From a virus, in the IMG/VR virus record IMGVR_UViG_3300046673_000306, positions 1 to 64,000 of that record: 64,000 nucleotides of DNA; one strand, 5' to 3'. Every line of letters begins with the position of its first letter. The stretch's first letter is position 1. Positions 63,301 through 64,000 of this stretch are shown one piece after another. Under the pieces are notes generated by a model. It was not told the origin of the DNA. It did no database searches and saw only the letters and a program-made list of their open reading frames with translations. The translations under genes were made by a program, and so were the position numbers.

Positions 63301-64000
63301 TCGGTCCAGACCAAGGTGATCTGGGTCCCTCCTCCGATGGTCGCGGAGGTGATGACCGGGGCCGCCATAGTCTGCGGCACGACCACGCTCTGGGCTGCGG
63401 AGAATGGTCCGACGTCGCCCGTGGACGGCGACACCGCCCTGACCCTGTAGGTGTAGGTCCCCGGGACCATGCCCAGGTACCCGAAGGCGTCGTCGTAGGC
63501 CCCGGTTGGGGCTGGCCCAGCGGCCATGGTCATCGAGGACAGGAGCAGGAACGGTCCGGCTCCGACGCTCCTCCAGACTTCGACCTGGTCACCGGCGCCG
63601 TAGGTGTTGGGGTCGGTCCAGGCCAGGGCAATGAGCCCGACCTTGATCGCGGGGATGGCCAGCGGCGGGGAGATCGTGAAGTCCGGGGTGTAGATCGGGA
63701 CCGCCAGGGTCTGCGCCGAGAACGAGGATGGGACGGTGATGGAGGACGGGGCGCTGAGCGTCGTGGTCTGGTACTTGTTCGTGACCTGGACTTCGTAGGA
63801 GTAGGTGTGTCCGGGGGGAGGCGCGGAGGCCGCGATGGTCGCCCCCGGCAGTATGGTCATCCCGGGGGTTCCCGCCGTGACCGTGACGGCCCCGGAATCG
63901 GTGGCCGCCGCCGTATCCAGAGACATGATCACGGGAGTGGGTGAGGCGAGGACCCCGGCGGGGATCACTGCGTCGGAAAATGCGTAGGAGATTCCCGAGA
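60384..64000 (-). CDS. large fibronectin type III repeat structural protein (N-terminus outside the window)
   Basis: Repeated AP..LxWTD..YxYRVRA units; frame open to the window edge. Confidence 0.8.
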   Translation of the reverse strand, partial: SGISYAFSDAVIPAGVLASPTPVIMSLDTAAATDSGAVTVTAGTPGMTILPGATIAASAPPPGHTYSYEVQVTNKYQTTTLSAPSSITVPSSFSAQTLAVPIYTPDFTISPPLAIPAIKVGLIALAWTDPNTYGAGDQVEVWRSVGAGPFLLLSSMTMAAGPAPTGAYDDAFGYLGMVPGTYTYRVRAVSPSTGDVGPFSAAQSVVVPQTMAAPVITSATIGGGTQITLVWTDPNYPAVSDEKGVRVYLDVGSTTVFDQVAVVAPGTLTYVYSVVIVPGQIYTFKVEAFNQDFAGPTSAAFSVTAPLNAPVLVSVVPAADIGAILTWTDTNLVINEDLETSYSIQRTIMEAPAFLPVIGPLITVPGGTTSFTDVFDYPVGTFVSYRVRADNATAVSPWSNSIQIIIVQELVAPDNVSVAITGAGVINVSWQNISPFVRGTLVYKSMDGAPLTLIASVAASVTEFVDDAPIISGAVYAYSVQNFDNQEQGPASIPIIVTTPFDPPQDLQVVGTPDNMATLTWTTNNLYMDYTAIETAFSNNGTFVEVARVPPGQTTVTVAVNGAPGALVSFRVREIKQAYLILSDVAVPKNLGAYSLTVSTDLALSAPTGVAVTRPLSTQNLVTWSDANTLATGFEVWRQKFVTGSPTSYEAPILVCNDANPALRSYRDTYPMNMGDTVQYWVYAVDADNTSPQSNIAVFTCRMGAPVITTSQTNRTQVTLTITPPAGYAYAAGDQVLISRSVNGSAMSAIATIPASASPMTYVDNALVAPGNIGDVLSYSASMFSAIESGPNSVTVHQTLYDAVFMPLGMVNVVRTFGSRDALTENGNGVFAGCANGIVKVTNNPVGYEPILLASSSDYAGTASIQSGDLTRVVAAGAGDSMYLIDAVTLARVVAPISTLAWSGASNDSGLFDVGIAGQGAGFSGNSQSWGALGLGIYDGWTFATQEGAGVSGIAPWDSAPTEFQNWDRTLAITHPIEPFISLPFLGEVGASAQPLRIEAAGGNGLCMVLQTDSSGSTTSYNTTLFQVQRSTNQAVEIFNIQNYVLDFVSDAVSKVLIVDLAGKIWLVDMSLVPPSASAGYLGYNPLPIGAVVGSIPLPSVYVPPTVTEDPVGHPGDLINLATGSISIELGGGSLVATALYNGTSTTVHVFSIPNPPITLGQTLVLTKTYVVNERVQGLAFDGGVFFYGRSLDTAKLFRFNAGI

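Overview
High-GC segment of a large tailed-phage (or prophage) genome. No rRNA, tRNA, canonical CRISPR array or integrase was seen. There are five blocks. (1) 1-19.8 kb, minus strand: a replication/recombination operon (initiator with internal origin, DnaC-like loader, primase-helicase, SSB-like, UvsY-like, NinG-like, SbcCD) with a complete ubiquitin-like module (E2-like, Ubl, E2-like, JAB, E1) lying between sbcD and sbcC. (2) 20.2-43.2 kb, plus strand: accessory genes, SNF2 helicase with intein, DinG helicase and two TnpB elements. (3) 43.2-47.5 kb, minus strand, and (4) 47.6-52.2 kb, plus strand: small early-type genes, including a bacterial-type histone. (5) 52.2-64 kb, minus strand: lysis and tail genes. 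The most striking signal is at 22.8-24.6 kb: a stand-alone RAMP/Cas7-like gene, a conserved partner gene, and a non-coding array of (GGY-NN) pentamers split by GGCA into seven units and closed by a hairpin, which looks like a non-CRISPR RNA-guided system. Other highlights are the ubiquitin-like module, TnpB cassettes with IS1595-like inverted ends and an 8-bp target duplication, and three copies of a pseudoknot-type 5' leader. All family calls are by motif recognition; no searches were run.
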